The notes: generated from the sequence alone by a model not told the origin. A stretch of 64,000 nucleotides of DNA from Candidatus Pacearchaeota archaeon UBA73 (GCA_002496015.1 DAIF01000014.1:891-64890); one strand, 5' to 3'; counted from the first letter of the stretch, positions 1 through 10,641 are shown. Numbers and translations are program-made.

Positions 1-1
1 A

Positions 2-121
2 GAAAGATTAAGAGAAAGATTATACACAGGTTCGCAAAAACCTCCTGCCCCTGAAAAAAAAGCTGAAGAAGAATTCACGCCCTCAATGAACACTCGTTCA
101 AGACCTATGCCGAGATTCTAA
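2..121 (+). CDS. 3' end of a gene entering the window (partial, ...TRSRPMPRF*)
   Basis: Open frame from base 2 to TAA at 119-121, directly before the next ATG. Confidence 0.5.
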   Translation, partial: ERLRERLYTGSQKPPAPEKKAEEEFTPSMNTRSRPMPRF

Positions 122-122
122 A

Positions 123-821
123 ATGCCCGAGACCGAAGAAAGGCACAAGTTAAGAGAACACTTCCTTGAGATGTTTATCAGAGAGCTACTCACGAATTCC
201 TACGATCCGCAAAAAGACAAAGAACTGCAACAGGAGATTATGAAGGAGAAACTCGCGGACATGACCACGGACCTGAAAAAAAACCAGGCCGTATCTGTCA
301 AAGAAATGAGCGGTCCGGCATACACAAGCGGGATGCCCCTTCCAAAACCACAAGAATCTATTTCTCCCGCAGGCAGTCCCCAATTCCCCCAAAATTACAG
401 TTTAGTCGAACCACCGAGATCATACCCTGCAAGCCATATTCAAGCCATCCCAAGATACAGCCCGATTCCATTGCCTGCGTATCAACCTACAAAGTATCAT
501 CCAGGCCAAAAGGTTGAGACGATTAACCTCGGAAAACTGGCAAGCATCTTGCAAGACCCTGCTGTCATCGGCGTAGAATGCCCCGGCCCATATAAGAACC
601 TCATCGTAAATCGCGGCGGCTCAATCCAAACCTCGTCAGTAACCCTTACCCCTGAAGAAATAAATACTGTAATGCATAACATCTCAGAACACACTCGCAT
701 CCCAATAACTCCCGGAGTTTTCAGGGCAGCAGTCCAGGACCTATTAGTGACTGCAGTCGTCTCAGACTTCGTCGGCACAAGATTCCTGCTTCAGAAAAGA
801 AACCCCTTCCAAAGATATTAA
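123..821 (+). CDS. Hypothetical protein; C-terminal part resembles the N-terminal domain of type II/IV secretion (VirB11/CpaF-like) ATPases, no Walker motifs
   Basis: GKLASILQDPAVIGVECPGPYKNLIV motif after a Pro-rich linker. Confidence 0.55.
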   Translation: MPETEERHKLREHFLEMFIRELLTNSYDPQKDKELQQEIMKEKLADMTTDLKKNQAVSVKEMSGPAYTSGMPLPKPQESISPAGSPQFPQNYSLVEPPRSYPASHIQAIPRYSPIPLPAYQPTKYHPGQKVETINLGKLASILQDPAVIGVECPGPYKNLIVNRGGSIQTSSVTLTPEEINTVMHNISEHTRIPITPGVFRAAVQDLLVTAVVSDFVGTRFLLQKRNPFQRY

Positions 822-844
822 TATCTCAACATATAATAATCCCG

Positions 845-1420
845 ATGAACAAATTAAAAAACATTCGCGCGCGCCTCGATCAATTCAAATCTCTCTCTGA
901 AAAACAAAAATTCCAAGAGTTCCAATTCTGTCTCCTCACCCCGCAGTCTAACGCGCAGAGATGCTGGCAGGCAGTAGAAGAAATATCAAAATTACCCACA
1001 CTGGAACACAAAAAAGTTCTCGACATACTCTCAAAAAAGACAAGATTCCATCACACCAAAACAAAAAGGATTTTAGAGTCTGAAAAAATCTGGAAAGAAA
1101 TCAAGCCGCTTCTCGACGCCAAAGACGCTCTCACTCTAAGAAACATTCTCGCAAAAAAAGTCAACGGCTACGGTTTGAAGGAAGCAGCACATTTCCTGAG
1201 GAACATCGGTCTCTCGAATAATAAAATAGCGATTCTCGATCGTCACATTCTAAAAAATCTCCACGAACTAAATCTGATTCCAAACGCAAAGATAAAATCT
1301 CAAAAGAACTATCTGGAAATAGAACAGATATTCATTTCTTTCGCAGACAGAATGCGCATCTCAGCCGACGAACTTGATTTGCATTGGTGGTCACAGGAAA
1401 ACGGGGAAATTTTCAAATAG
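845..1420 (+). CDS. ogg: N-glycosylase/DNA lyase (8-oxoguanine DNA glycosylase, Ogg2-type)
   Basis: FCLLTPQSNA, HhH GYGLKEAAHFLRNIG, AILDRHIL, C-terminal ELDLHWW...IFK. Confidence 0.9.
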   Translation: MNKLKNIRARLDQFKSLSEKQKFQEFQFCLLTPQSNAQRCWQAVEEISKLPTLEHKKVLDILSKKTRFHHTKTKRILESEKIWKEIKPLLDAKDALTLRNILAKKVNGYGLKEAAHFLRNIGLSNNKIAILDRHILKNLHELNLIPNAKIKSQKNYLEIEQIFISFADRMRISADELDLHWWSQENGEIFK

Positions 1421-1958
1421 AACTGCCCGTCCTTTTGAACAAGTCGTAAACCAAACCCCTTGCGGGTCGGGCAATCCCCCGCTCAGCATAAACAAAAAGC
1501 TTCTCTGAAAGATGATTTTCTCGACCTAACGGGACAGCAGCCACTGGAGCATCAACGCAAAGCCCGGTGTACACTTGGTCCCCGAATGGAACGCAATGGG
1601 TCCTTACATTAACTCCTCGAAATATCCTATTAAGAACTGCATACTCTCCTAGTAATCGAGAAGCGTGGCTCTCATTCAAATCAGGAGTTAGAACATGAAA
1701 CGAAAAAGAACCCAACGCTCTTTGCGCATTAACTCTGGAGATATCCACGCTCTGCTCCCACCACATCAACTGGTCAATGCCGCCCACCCTAACATATAAT
1801 TGCAATCCTTCTCTTTGAAGATAATGGCTCCCGTTCACCTTTATTTGCGCTCCTGCCATCGGCGAACTGCCTCCGGGATTAACATTACCAAGCCATCCCA
1901 CAAACCTTTCAGTCACCTGATGAACATCATATTTCGGCAAATCTCCTTTCTTCCGCAT
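1413..1958 (-). CDS. Hypothetical protein
   Basis: 181-aa ORF filling the gap between ogg and pyrH. Confidence 0.6.
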   Translation of the reverse strand: MRKKGDLPKYDVHQVTERFVGWLGNVNPGGSSPMAGAQIKVNGSHYLQREGLQLYVRVGGIDQLMWWEQSVDISRVNAQRALGSFSFHVLTPDLNESHASRLLGEYAVLNRIFRGVNVRTHCVPFGDQVYTGLCVDAPVAAVPLGRENHLSEKLFVYAERGIARPARGLVYDLFKRTGSSI

Positions 1959-2067
1959 ATACTTAGTTTACATCTCAGCTTATAAACGATTGTTATTCTC
2001 CAAGACATACATTATTTCGCCCTTCCAAAGTAAAAAAATTAATAAACTTCCCCGACCATGCCTATTA

Positions 2068-2757
2068 ATGAAAGAAACCATAGTCATCTCCTTAGGCGGC
2101 TCGCTCATAGTCCCGGAAAAAATGAACGCACCATTTCTGATTAAATTCGTCAAGACCTTGAGAAAACATTACAAGACGCACAAATTTGTAGTTGTCTGCG
2201 GCGGCGGAGTCATCGCAAGAAAATACATCTCAGCCCTGAAAGCCAAAGGGCGGCCGACAAGAGAGCTTGCCAACGCAGGCATCAGAGCAACTAGGATGAA
2301 CGCGCAATTCGTGATGCAACTCTTCGAAAGAAAAGAAGCAAACGACACTCTTCCGTTAAACATGAAACAGGTCAGATATTCTCTAAGAAAAAATAACGTC
2401 GTCATCTGCGGCGCCCTGAGGTTTGCCCCAGACTCAACTTCAGACAGCACCGCAGCCAAATTAGCCAAATATCTAAAGACTCATTTCATAAACATCACCA
2501 ATGTTCCGGGTCTTTTCGACAAAGATCCTAAAAAATACAAAAAAACAAAGTTCATCCCAAAGATTGCATGGAAAGATTTTTACAAAATGGCAATCAAAAC
2601 AAAATTCCAACCAGGCCAAAACTTCATACTAGATCAGAATTCTTCAGAAATAATAATGAATAACAAAACGCCGGCTTACATAATCGGTCCCGACCTGTCA
2701 AATCTCTCAAAGATACTAAATAATAAAGATTTTCACGGAACACTAATCTGTGGTTAG
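2068..2757 (+). CDS. pyrH: UMP kinase (archaeal type)
   Basis: ISLGGSLI, VCGGGVIARKY, GIRATRMNA, TNVPGLFDKDP; ATG at 2068. Confidence 0.92.
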   Translation: MKETIVISLGGSLIVPEKMNAPFLIKFVKTLRKHYKTHKFVVVCGGGVIARKYISALKAKGRPTRELANAGIRATRMNAQFVMQLFERKEANDTLPLNMKQVRYSLRKNNVVICGALRFAPDSTSDSTAAKLAKYLKTHFINITNVPGLFDKDPKKYKKTKFIPKIAWKDFYKMAIKTKFQPGQNFILDQNSSEIIMNNKTPAYIIGPDLSNLSKILNNKDFHGTLICG

Positions 2758-2876
2758 TCCGATCCCTAAAACTTCTGAATTCACTCCAACTGACTGCGAT
2801 TAACTTTCATGTTCAAATTTTATCCTGCCATATGACTAAACAAAACCCATAAAAACACTATTGCCTTAATACTCGA

Positions 2877-3311
2877 ATGATTAATACCTCAAACATCCAG
2901 CAAGCAAAAGAACAGATAAAGAAAGAAAAACACCCTGCGGTAGTCAAATCGCAAAATCCGGATTTTGACAGAAAGATTCTTGAATACGGCAAAGCAGACA
3001 TCCTGCTTTTTGACAAATTGGGATATAGACAAGACCGCTTAAAACAGATAGATTCCGGGCTAAACCACGTCTTAGCAAAGATAGCTGCAAAGAACAACAC
3101 ATCCATTGGATTCGACCTCGCAGGACTGCGCAAAAGCAGCCGTAAAACAAAGGCCCTCATTCTGTTAAAGTTAATAGAAAACATAAAGATCTGCAAAAAA
3201 GCGAACTGCCGCATCGTCCTAATCTCCCAAAAAAACAAAAAAGACGCGCAAAACCTTATGCTCTCGCTAGGCGCTTCAACACAACAGGCAAAACAAGCAA
3301 TAACTTTTTAA
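2877..3311 (+). CDS. rnp3: RNase P protein subunit Rpp30 (short form)
   Basis: DRLKQIDSGLNHVLAKIAAKNNTSIGFD, typical of the p30 family. Confidence 0.75.
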   Translation: MINTSNIQQAKEQIKKEKHPAVVKSQNPDFDRKILEYGKADILLFDKLGYRQDRLKQIDSGLNHVLAKIAAKNNTSIGFDLAGLRKSSRKTKALILLKLIENIKICKKANCRIVLISQKNKKDAQNLMLSLGASTQQAKQAITF

Positions 3312-3333
3312 CCTTGTAGAACATATTCCTAAA

Positions 3334-4842
3334 ATGAAATCTATCCAAGAAATCATCGAAAAACTCTCACCGTTGGAAAGGAAAATCGTTCCTTTTCTAA
3401 ACCTGCCCCTAAATGAGATTCAGACAAAAACAAGACTTGACAGCACATCTCTTCTTAGAGCACTCAAATTTCTGGAAGCTAAAAATATCATAAAACTCCA
3501 GACAAAAAAATCAAAAGTCGTAGGTCTAGGAACAAACGGAATATACTACAAAAAGACACACCTTCCTGAAAGGAACCTGCTCATGCTGGTAGAGAGCAAA
3601 AAAGTCGTATCTCTAGAAGAAGCAAAAAGAATCTCGCGGCTCTCCGACAACGAATTCAAAGTTTCCCTAGGCGTGCTAAAAAGCAAAGCAATGATCGAAC
3701 TTAAAAATGGAAAGATTATGCTTTCCGCCTCAAAAGAAGAAATCGCTAAAAAATCTCTGGAAGAGCAACTCCTCGAAGCCCTTCCGATCGAAGAAAGCTC
3801 TCTCCTCCCCGAACAGCAATTCGCTCTTCAAAACCTTAAAAAAAGAAAAGAGATTATCGAGATGCAGGAAAAAACTGAGACCACATTCACGCTGACCGAA
3901 CTCGGAAAAAAGATAGCTGGAAAAGAAATTGTCTCCGACCTCATAGAAGAAGTCACGCCGGAAGTGATAAAAAACTGGAAACGGGGCAAAAAATTCAGAA
4001 AATATGACATACAATCAGAAGTTCCAAAAATTTATGGCGGCAAAAAACACTTCGTGAATGAATCTATCGAAAAAGGCAGAAGAATCTGGCTAGACATGGG
4101 ATTCAGAGAAATGCGCTCCACATTCACCCAGACTTCCTTCTGGAACTTCGATGCATTGTTCACCGCCCAAGACCACCCGGTCAGGGAACTCCAGGACACA
4201 TTCTACATAAAAGACATAAAGGGCAGGCTTCCAGACAGGAGACTAATTGAAAAAGTAAAACAATCGCACGAGACCGGCGTGAAGGGAAGCAAGGGCTGGC
4301 AATATTCGTGGTCTGAAGAAGATTCAAAGAGTGTTGTCCTGCGCACCCACACCACCTGCCTGTCTGCAAAAACACTTGCCTCACTCGACATAAAAACTCA
4401 GCTTCCGGCAAAATTCTTCTCGATCGGCAAATGCTTCAGAAACGAAACTCTCGACTGGTCTCACGGCTTCGAGTTCAATCAAACTGAAGGGATTGTCGTC
4501 GACAGAAATGCAAACTTCAGCCACCTTCTCGGTTACCTTCAGGAATTCGTGAAAAAAATGGGCTTTGAAAAAATAAGAATCCAACCCGCCTATTTCCCTT
4601 ACACTGAACCCAGTGTTGAAGGCGCGGTCTGGCACGAAGAGAAACAGCGATGGGTTGAAGTCCTCGCCGCGGGAATTTTCCGCCCGGAGGTCACCGAACC
4701 TCTACTCGGCGAACCAATTCCCGTCCTTGCTTGGGGACCCGGCTTCGACCGTCTCATGATGCTAGCTTACGAAATAAAAGACTTCAGACAAATTTACGAA
4801 AATGATATAAAAAACCTGCGACAAAGGAAGGTGCTGATATAA
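3334..4842 (+). CDS. pheS: Phenylalanine-tRNA ligase alpha subunit (archaeal type)
   Basis: WNFDALF.QDHPVRELQDTFY, LRTHTT, FRNE, YFPYTEPS, GIFRPEV. Confidence 0.97.
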   Translation: MKSIQEIIEKLSPLERKIVPFLNLPLNEIQTKTRLDSTSLLRALKFLEAKNIIKLQTKKSKVVGLGTNGIYYKKTHLPERNLLMLVESKKVVSLEEAKRISRLSDNEFKVSLGVLKSKAMIELKNGKIMLSASKEEIAKKSLEEQLLEALPIEESSLLPEQQFALQNLKKRKEIIEMQEKTETTFTLTELGKKIAGKEIVSDLIEEVTPEVIKNWKRGKKFRKYDIQSEVPKIYGGKKHFVNESIEKGRRIWLDMGFREMRSTFTQTSFWNFDALFTAQDHPVRELQDTFYIKDIKGRLPDRRLIEKVKQSHETGVKGSKGWQYSWSEEDSKSVVLRTHTTCLSAKTLASLDIKTQLPAKFFSIGKCFRNETLDWSHGFEFNQTEGIVVDRNANFSHLLGYLQEFVKKMGFEKIRIQPAYFPYTEPSVEGAVWHEEKQRWVEVLAAGIFRPEVTEPLLGEPIPVLAWGPGFDRLMMLAYEIKDFRQIYENDIKNLRQRKVLI

Positions 4843-6470
4843 TGTCAAACGTAACTTTCCTCCGCAAGGAACTTGAATCCTTAATCGGAAAGATAACAAA
4901 AGATGTAGAAGAAAAAATCTCACTATTCGGCACACCATTAGAACGCATCAGTGACGATGAACTTGAAGTCGAAATTTTCCCAAACCGCCCGGACCTGCTC
5001 TCACTTCAGGGCTATGCCCGCAGCTTTAATGCATTTCTTGGCAAATCCCCCGGACTAGCAAGATACACAATCCACAAGCCGGAAGACAATTATACAATTA
5101 AAATATTTAATTCCGTAAAAGACGTTCGACCATTTACAGTCTGCGCGATAGTAAAAAACATAAAATTCACAGACGAGAAAATTAAGTCGATAATAGATTT
5201 ACAGGAGAAACTACACTTCACCGTCGGCAGAAATAGGAAGAAGCTGGCAATAGGAGTTTACCCATTGGAAAAAATAACTCTCCCCATTAGATATGAAGCA
5301 AGAAAACCGAAAGACATCAGATTTATCCCGTTGGAAGCAGACAGAGAAATGGATGCCATCCAGATTTTAACAAGCCACCCCACAGGAAGAGACTACGCTC
5401 ACCTTCTTGAAGGCAAAGAACTCTTCCCAGTTTTCGTCGATGCGAAAAACAAAATACTTTCAATGCCCCCCATAATAAACAGTCACGATACCGGAAAAGT
5501 CTCCCTCAACACAACAGACGTGTTCGTAGAATGTTCTGGCTTTGACTTGCTTGTCCTGCAAAAAACTCTTGCAATCATCTGTACAACGCTCGCCGATATG
5601 GACGGAAAAATATATCAAATGATTTTAGATTATACAAATAGAAAAATCATCACCCCGGACTTCACCCCGGAAAAAATGAAAATTTCCATAAACAATGTAA
5701 ACAAACTCCTCGGCTTGGACATTAAGGAAAAAGACTTAGAAAAGCTTTTACCGAAAATGGGTTACGAATACAAGAACAAAACCGTTTCCATCCCCGCGTG
5801 GAGGACAGACATTCTCCACGAAGTAGACATCATAGAAGATATCGCGATTGCGTACGGGTATGACAAAATTTCCCCTGCAATTCCTAATGTCTCAACAATC
5901 GGTGAAGAATCTAAAGAATCCAAGATGAAATCATTTATATCCGAACTGCTCATCGGACTCGGCTTATTGGAAATCTCAACATATCACTTGATAAAAAAAC
6001 AAGACGCCGAACAGAACAATTTACAGGACATGATAGAATTAGAAAACTCCAAAACAGAATACAAATATCTCCGCCAAGACCTCGTAACTCCCGGACTAAG
6101 AGTGCTATCTGAAAACAAGGACAACGAATATCCTCAAGAACTTTTCGAAATCGGCACGGTCTTCTCATTAGACAAGAAGAACAAATTCGAAACAGGCATA
6201 AAAGAAACGGAAAACCTCTGCATCTTGGCTTGCCCGGGAAACTTCACGAAAATCAAACAGGTCTTAGACAGCCTGACAAAAAACCTCGGGCAGGCTTACT
6301 CGCTGGAAGAATCAACGCACCATCTGCTTATTGACGGCAGAACCGCAGTGATAAAAATCGGAGAGCATCGTGCGGGAATCATGGGCGAGCTGCACCCTGA
6401 AACCCTGAAAGCATGGGGGATTAAAATGCCGACATCCTACCTTGAGCTTCCTGTAAAAAGTCTCTTCTAA
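4842..6470 (+). CDS. pheT: Phenylalanine-tRNA ligase beta subunit
   Basis: PNRPDLLS, LQEKLH, SMPPIINS, RTDILHEVDIIEDIAIAYGY, GELHP. Confidence 0.97.
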   Translation: MSNVTFLRKELESLIGKITKDVEEKISLFGTPLERISDDELEVEIFPNRPDLLSLQGYARSFNAFLGKSPGLARYTIHKPEDNYTIKIFNSVKDVRPFTVCAIVKNIKFTDEKIKSIIDLQEKLHFTVGRNRKKLAIGVYPLEKITLPIRYEARKPKDIRFIPLEADREMDAIQILTSHPTGRDYAHLLEGKELFPVFVDAKNKILSMPPIINSHDTGKVSLNTTDVFVECSGFDLLVLQKTLAIICTTLADMDGKIYQMILDYTNRKIITPDFTPEKMKISINNVNKLLGLDIKEKDLEKLLPKMGYEYKNKTVSIPAWRTDILHEVDIIEDIAIAYGYDKISPAIPNVSTIGEESKESKMKSFISELLIGLGLLEISTYHLIKKQDAEQNNLQDMIELENSKTEYKYLRQDLVTPGLRVLSENKDNEYPQELFEIGTVFSLDKKNKFETGIKETENLCILACPGNFTKIKQVLDSLTKNLGQAYSLEESTHHLLIDGRTAVIKIGEHRAGIMGELHPETLKAWGIKMPTSYLELPVKSLF

Positions 6471-6476
6471 AACAAA

Positions 6477-6560
6477 GCGTTGTCTGGATTGATTTTACGA
6501 TTCCCACAGACCCGAACAAATCTCCCATTAGTTAAAATCAACAAACTCCGAATAACACCT
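6477..6560. repeat. Degenerate MITE copy
   Basis: gattttacgattcccacagac is the reverse complement of a stretch in the 62434-62566 element; end aaactccgaataacacc resembles the TIR. Confidence 0.5.
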
Positions 6561-6604
6561 GAAACGAACAAATCTATTTAAACCACAAAAATTCAAAATG
6601 TTTG

Positions 6605-7552
6605 ATGAAGAAGAAAACTCGACCTAGACAACACGCAAGAAAAGCAGCAAGATTTTGCAGCATAAGGAGAGACCGTAACACTTATGTTGCCCGAGAAGAA
6701 TTCAAAGACCCCCTGCGGGGAGGCAAGCGTCCGGAAGACTTCCAAAAAGTAATTCCCGGAGAACAAATTTTCAGTGTGATTAGAGGAATTTTACGGGAAG
6801 GAAGAAACTATCTAATAGACACGTGCGCGCTGGAAGTCCCCAGAAAAAGTCTGTTTAAAGACTGCTCGGAACTAACGAATTACGCGGACAATGAAGCATA
6901 CCGAGCCGCAGCAGACCAGATGTGTCAGGAAATGAGAAAGTGTTCAGATTTTTGGGGAGAATTACTAACAAGAAAAGATGTGTTTATTCTCCCGGAGGTC
7001 GCTGAAGAAACAAGAAGATACCAAAGGATACTAAACTCCCATGCAAAGAAACTAAGAACTCGTGGCCTAAGACGAAAGCTTCTGGAGCCTGTCCACAGTT
7101 TAGTTAATAGTTTGGACTCTAATTCTTCCAGATTAGTCGACACAGGATTGCTGTCCGATCCCGTGATACCCAGAATAATGGAAATCCTAAGAGCCACTTC
7201 ACCTAGATACAGAAAACCTTTACCCTACACTGGCCAGAAGATAATCAGCTTCGCGATAGCATACGGCTTATCAAATGGTGGGACCCAAATCATAATAACC
7301 AGGAACCGCGCGATAAGAGAAGCGATGATTAATTTAAACGAAGACCTCGCGTCGGGAAGAAGGCATATCGATCTCTCAGATTTATGCCAAAGCTTTGAAC
7401 AGTTTAAAGTAATCCATAAAGTACTTCGCGCATTTCCTCCTTTCATATCAGATTATACTTTATGCATTGATGGGAATGATTTTCTCCGCGACTCGCCCTA
7501 CCAAAGAGATAGAAACACTCTACCTGCAACGACAAGTGCGGCAGCAGGATAG
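6605..7552 (+). CDS. Hypothetical protein with degenerate PIN-like domain
   Basis: YLIDTCAL ... ILPEVAEE ... IITRNRAI pattern; later catalytic Asp residues appear to be missing. Confidence 0.5.
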   Translation: MKKKTRPRQHARKAARFCSIRRDRNTYVAREEFKDPLRGGKRPEDFQKVIPGEQIFSVIRGILREGRNYLIDTCALEVPRKSLFKDCSELTNYADNEAYRAAADQMCQEMRKCSDFWGELLTRKDVFILPEVAEETRRYQRILNSHAKKLRTRGLRRKLLEPVHSLVNSLDSNSSRLVDTGLLSDPVIPRIMEILRATSPRYRKPLPYTGQKIISFAIAYGLSNGGTQIIITRNRAIREAMINLNEDLASGRRHIDLSDLCQSFEQFKVIHKVLRAFPPFISDYTLCIDGNDFLRDSPYQRDRNTLPATTSAAAG

Positions 7553-7574
7553 ATTCTCAACGACCAAAACAATC

Positions 7575-8462
7575 TTACTGCTGCCTGGCATCAAGCAAAA
7601 CATTAATGATGCGAGTCATCTCTCCCAAAAAATCTTCAGCAGCCTCTTGCCACTGGTCAATCTCAGTGCCCTCAAGACGCACAACCTGCCGATGATTAAT
7701 TGATTTATGTAACGAATACAGCTCAGCCAGACTCTTCACATAGCTCATCTTAAGCATCCCAGCATCGACAAAAACATCTTTTAGCATCTCAGGAATATGT
7801 TCTGGAGAAGGAGGCATTCTGCCTGCAGTCATAAGGGCGGCCTGCGCAGAATCAACCATAGTCCAATAAACTCCCTCAATTGCGCTCATTGCAGCAATCC
7901 TGCTCCTCAACAAATGCATTGGAGCGCGCTGCAACGCCGCATTAACTGCCTCAGGTGTAGATTTTACTTTGCCCTTCAACAATAACGCTTTAAGAGGATT
8001 AAAGAAACCACCGTAATCTATTAACGCTTCACCATATCTCAAAATGTTTATCACAACCGGATCTCCATTGAGCATATCCTCCCACCACGTCGTAAGCTTA
8101 ACAGTATTTATATGAAGCTCAGCACTGTACTTTTGCTGAGAAACCAGCTTCGCCAATTCTTCTCGATACCACGCAACCAACTCTAAATCCCATTCAATTG
8201 CAGCATCATCAACAATAAGGATTATATCTATATCAGACCCTATAACTCCATCGCCCTTCGCCTGACTCCCAAAGAGAACTGAAGCCCTCACAACCCTGTC
8301 AAACTTCTTATGAACCTTCTCGGCAAAATCCATCGCCATATCTTTCTCTGTGACAAGTTTCCTCTCAGAAACCGACGAAGACGCCTGAACCTTCTCTACA
8401 GACTCCACTCGCTTCACATGCTTCACAGAAACTTTCTTCTTCACTCTCTTTTTTCTTGCCAT
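7575..8462 (-). CDS. Minimal nucleotidyltransferase fused to a HEPN-like helical domain
   Basis: LFGSQAKG...SDIDIILIVDD; C-terminal AQAALM...PSPEH...HK..NH. Confidence 0.8.
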   Translation of the reverse strand: MARKKRVKKKVSVKHVKRVESVEKVQASSSVSERKLVTEKDMAMDFAEKVHKKFDRVVRASVLFGSQAKGDGVIGSDIDIILIVDDAAIEWDLELVAWYREELAKLVSQQKYSAELHINTVKLTTWWEDMLNGDPVVINILRYGEALIDYGGFFNPLKALLLKGKVKSTPEAVNAALQRAPMHLLRSRIAAMSAIEGVYWTMVDSAQAALMTAGRMPPSPEHIPEMLKDVFVDAGMLKMSYVKSLAELYSLHKSINHRQVVRLEGTEIDQWQEAAEDFLGEMTRIINVLLDARQQ

Positions 8463-8514
8463 ATTTTTACCACTTAAACTAAGTAGATTTTGTTTTTAAA
8501 TCTTCCCGCTCACT

Positions 8515-8649
8515 AGCTCTGTCCGAAGTTTTGATTTTTTCTAAAATTTGGATGGTGGGGGTGGAGTGGCTGCGAGTCGGGTTTTTCCTCGTAGAGGAAA
8601 TGTTAGTGGGGATTTGAAAAATCAAAACATACTAACTACGGACAGAGCC
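8515..8649. mobile_element. MITE (IS1595-type ends) with perfect 8-bp TSD cgctcact
   Basis: TIR gctctgtccg...cggacagagc; cgctcact at 8507-8514 and 8650-8657; interior shared with 14698-14883. Confidence 0.85.
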
Positions 8650-8652
8650 CGC

Positions 8653-10569
8653 TCACTCCATCGGCGTCCCGCCAACCCGCGACCGCCCCGACATCTGCCC
8701 GCCCAATTCCTTTGGCATCCCGCTGAATCCTCCACCATACATAGAGAAATGCTGCTCGGGCAGCATCGTGCCATATCCATAAAAATAACCGCCGGAAGTC
8801 GCATACGCCTGATTCCAATACGGAGACATCTTCATCGAATATATCGGGCTGCCGAAAGATTTCAATGACTGCGCAAAAGGCGTTTGATTCCCAAAAGCCT
8901 GCGGTCCAAACCAATTTCCAGTTTCAATAATCTGCTTTATTTCTCCCATTCGTTTATTGTATTTCGCAATCGCTTCGTATTGTTTCTTCATATTAACATT
9001 TCCCATCCCCATAGGCAGCTCTGTATGTTCCATTCCAAAGTTATCAGAAAGATGTATCTTGTTCACAAACTTCCCGACCGTCTCCGCTTCCTTAGCCAAT
9101 TGCTCGTCTTCATATCCAAATTTACGAAGCATATTTATATGCCCCACATCCCACGTGACGCCAATCAGTTTCTCGGCTTGCCTTTTCGCATCACCCTCGG
9201 ACAAGTGTTCTTCCTTCATCAATTTCTCCTGTAGCTTCTTCTGTGATTTCTCGACAATCTCTCTCAAATCTTCCGCCCTGGCCAATCCGCTCCCCGCAGG
9301 AGGATTCTCAACACTGACAATCGGAGCAGAATCCTTAAATTTTTTATAAGAATTAAACGCAACATTCGCAAAAGTTTCCGAAGACTTTTCTATTCCAAAG
9401 TTCCTCAACGGAGTTAGCGTGCTGGGAGCATCAATTGATCTCAAGACATTAACCCCTTTAACCAAAGTATCTGACAGATTAGCAAGATTGACAGGATCCT
9501 CAATATTCGGAACAAGATTTTTTATTTCGTGCTTGAATTTCTTAAGTTTATCCAGGTCATCTTCTCGCCCGCTCTTCTCGGCAGCAATATAAGCTTGATT
9601 ATATAATCTCTGAAACGCCTGATAAGCATCCCTCAGATAAATATCCCCGTGCGCGAGTTCTTGCAACTGTTTCTCTACAACGAGCTTAAACGGCGCGCCA
9701 ACCGCCTCCAGCACCTTCTGCACATCCCGCCCCTTAAGATAATTTTTATACAACTCAAGCCACTGTTCTTCATTTGTATTCTCTTTCAGCCCCCTATCAA
9801 GCTTCTCTCCTTTAAGCACGCCACTCACTATTGATTGTCCTTGGTACGCATGAAAGGCACAGTTCTGCAACTGGTTAAACCATGTATCCTTGTTTTGCTT
9901 CTCAATCGCCGCCTTTATCGTGTCCCTCTGTTGATCAATACTACCAATCTTGCCATTGCTCTCCATTAAAAGATTCGGCGTCAGAGGCAAAGATTGGAAT
10001 TGGCCGTCATTTGAAACAACCCAAAATTCTTTAATTATTTCCTTCTTCTCCTTTTTCCCGGTCTCAGGATTCACAACCTCATCCAGAATTTTTGTTTCAG
10101 GATTCGGCAAGCCATTGCTTGAATGAAATGTCACAACAAGATTTCCCTTCGGATCCATCTTGTGCGCTCGCTCAACTGCCTGCCACATCTGCCTTTCTGA
10201 TTCTTCCCTATGGGCTTCGTTCCAACCCTGTCTCGTAACTCCGGTTGGCTCAACCAGTGGCCCGTGAAAAGTCAAATCAATCCCAACTAATTTTTTCAAT
10301 CGATGTATCTCTTCCAGATGCGGATCGGGAACGGTCTCCCAAGTCGCAGCAGTAACGCCGGAAACTTCAATTGTTTTAGCCCCAGTATTCAATTTGTCAG
10401 AAATGGCTTTTAGCTGATTAGCCGTTCGAGGATCCGACGGCAACCCGAAGTTCGAAGTCGAAACCCTGTACTGCGGAAACAACCCCGTAGAAAACTCGCT
10501 GGCATAATCCGGATTCAACCCATAATCCGCTCCAGCATAAAATGTATTTCCGTAACCATCTTTTCCCAT
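8653..10569 (-). CDS. Large xylose-isomerase-like/AP-endonuclease-2 TIM-barrel protein with helical insertion
   Basis: TFHGP, TFHSS, VSVENP, TWDVGHINM, IHLSDNFGMEHTELPMGMG metal-binding motifs. Confidence 0.75.
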   Translation of the reverse strand: MGKDGYGNTFYAGADYGLNPDYASEFSTGLFPQYRVSTSNFGLPSDPRTANQLKAISDKLNTGAKTIEVSGVTAATWETVPDPHLEEIHRLKKLVGIDLTFHGPLVEPTGVTRQGWNEAHREESERQMWQAVERAHKMDPKGNLVVTFHSSNGLPNPETKILDEVVNPETGKKEKKEIIKEFWVVSNDGQFQSLPLTPNLLMESNGKIGSIDQQRDTIKAAIEKQNKDTWFNQLQNCAFHAYQGQSIVSGVLKGEKLDRGLKENTNEEQWLELYKNYLKGRDVQKVLEAVGAPFKLVVEKQLQELAHGDIYLRDAYQAFQRLYNQAYIAAEKSGREDDLDKLKKFKHEIKNLVPNIEDPVNLANLSDTLVKGVNVLRSIDAPSTLTPLRNFGIEKSSETFANVAFNSYKKFKDSAPIVSVENPPAGSGLARAEDLREIVEKSQKKLQEKLMKEEHLSEGDAKRQAEKLIGVTWDVGHINMLRKFGYEDEQLAKEAETVGKFVNKIHLSDNFGMEHTELPMGMGNVNMKKQYEAIAKYNKRMGEIKQIIETGNWFGPQAFGNQTPFAQSLKSFGSPIYSMKMSPYWNQAYATSGGYFYGYGTMLPEQHFSMYGGGFSGMPKELGGQMSGRSRVGGTPME

Positions 10570-10641
10570 TCATAAAATAAGAAAAACCTTTATTTAAAGT
10601 CTGCGATAAATAAGTTCTGTTGAAGAATCAGAAACAAACAG

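Noticed and set aside
8548-8914. ORFs 8548-8868 and 14799-14990 sharing AASRVFPRRGNVSGDLKNQNILT
   Set aside because: The shared peptide is just translated MITE sequence
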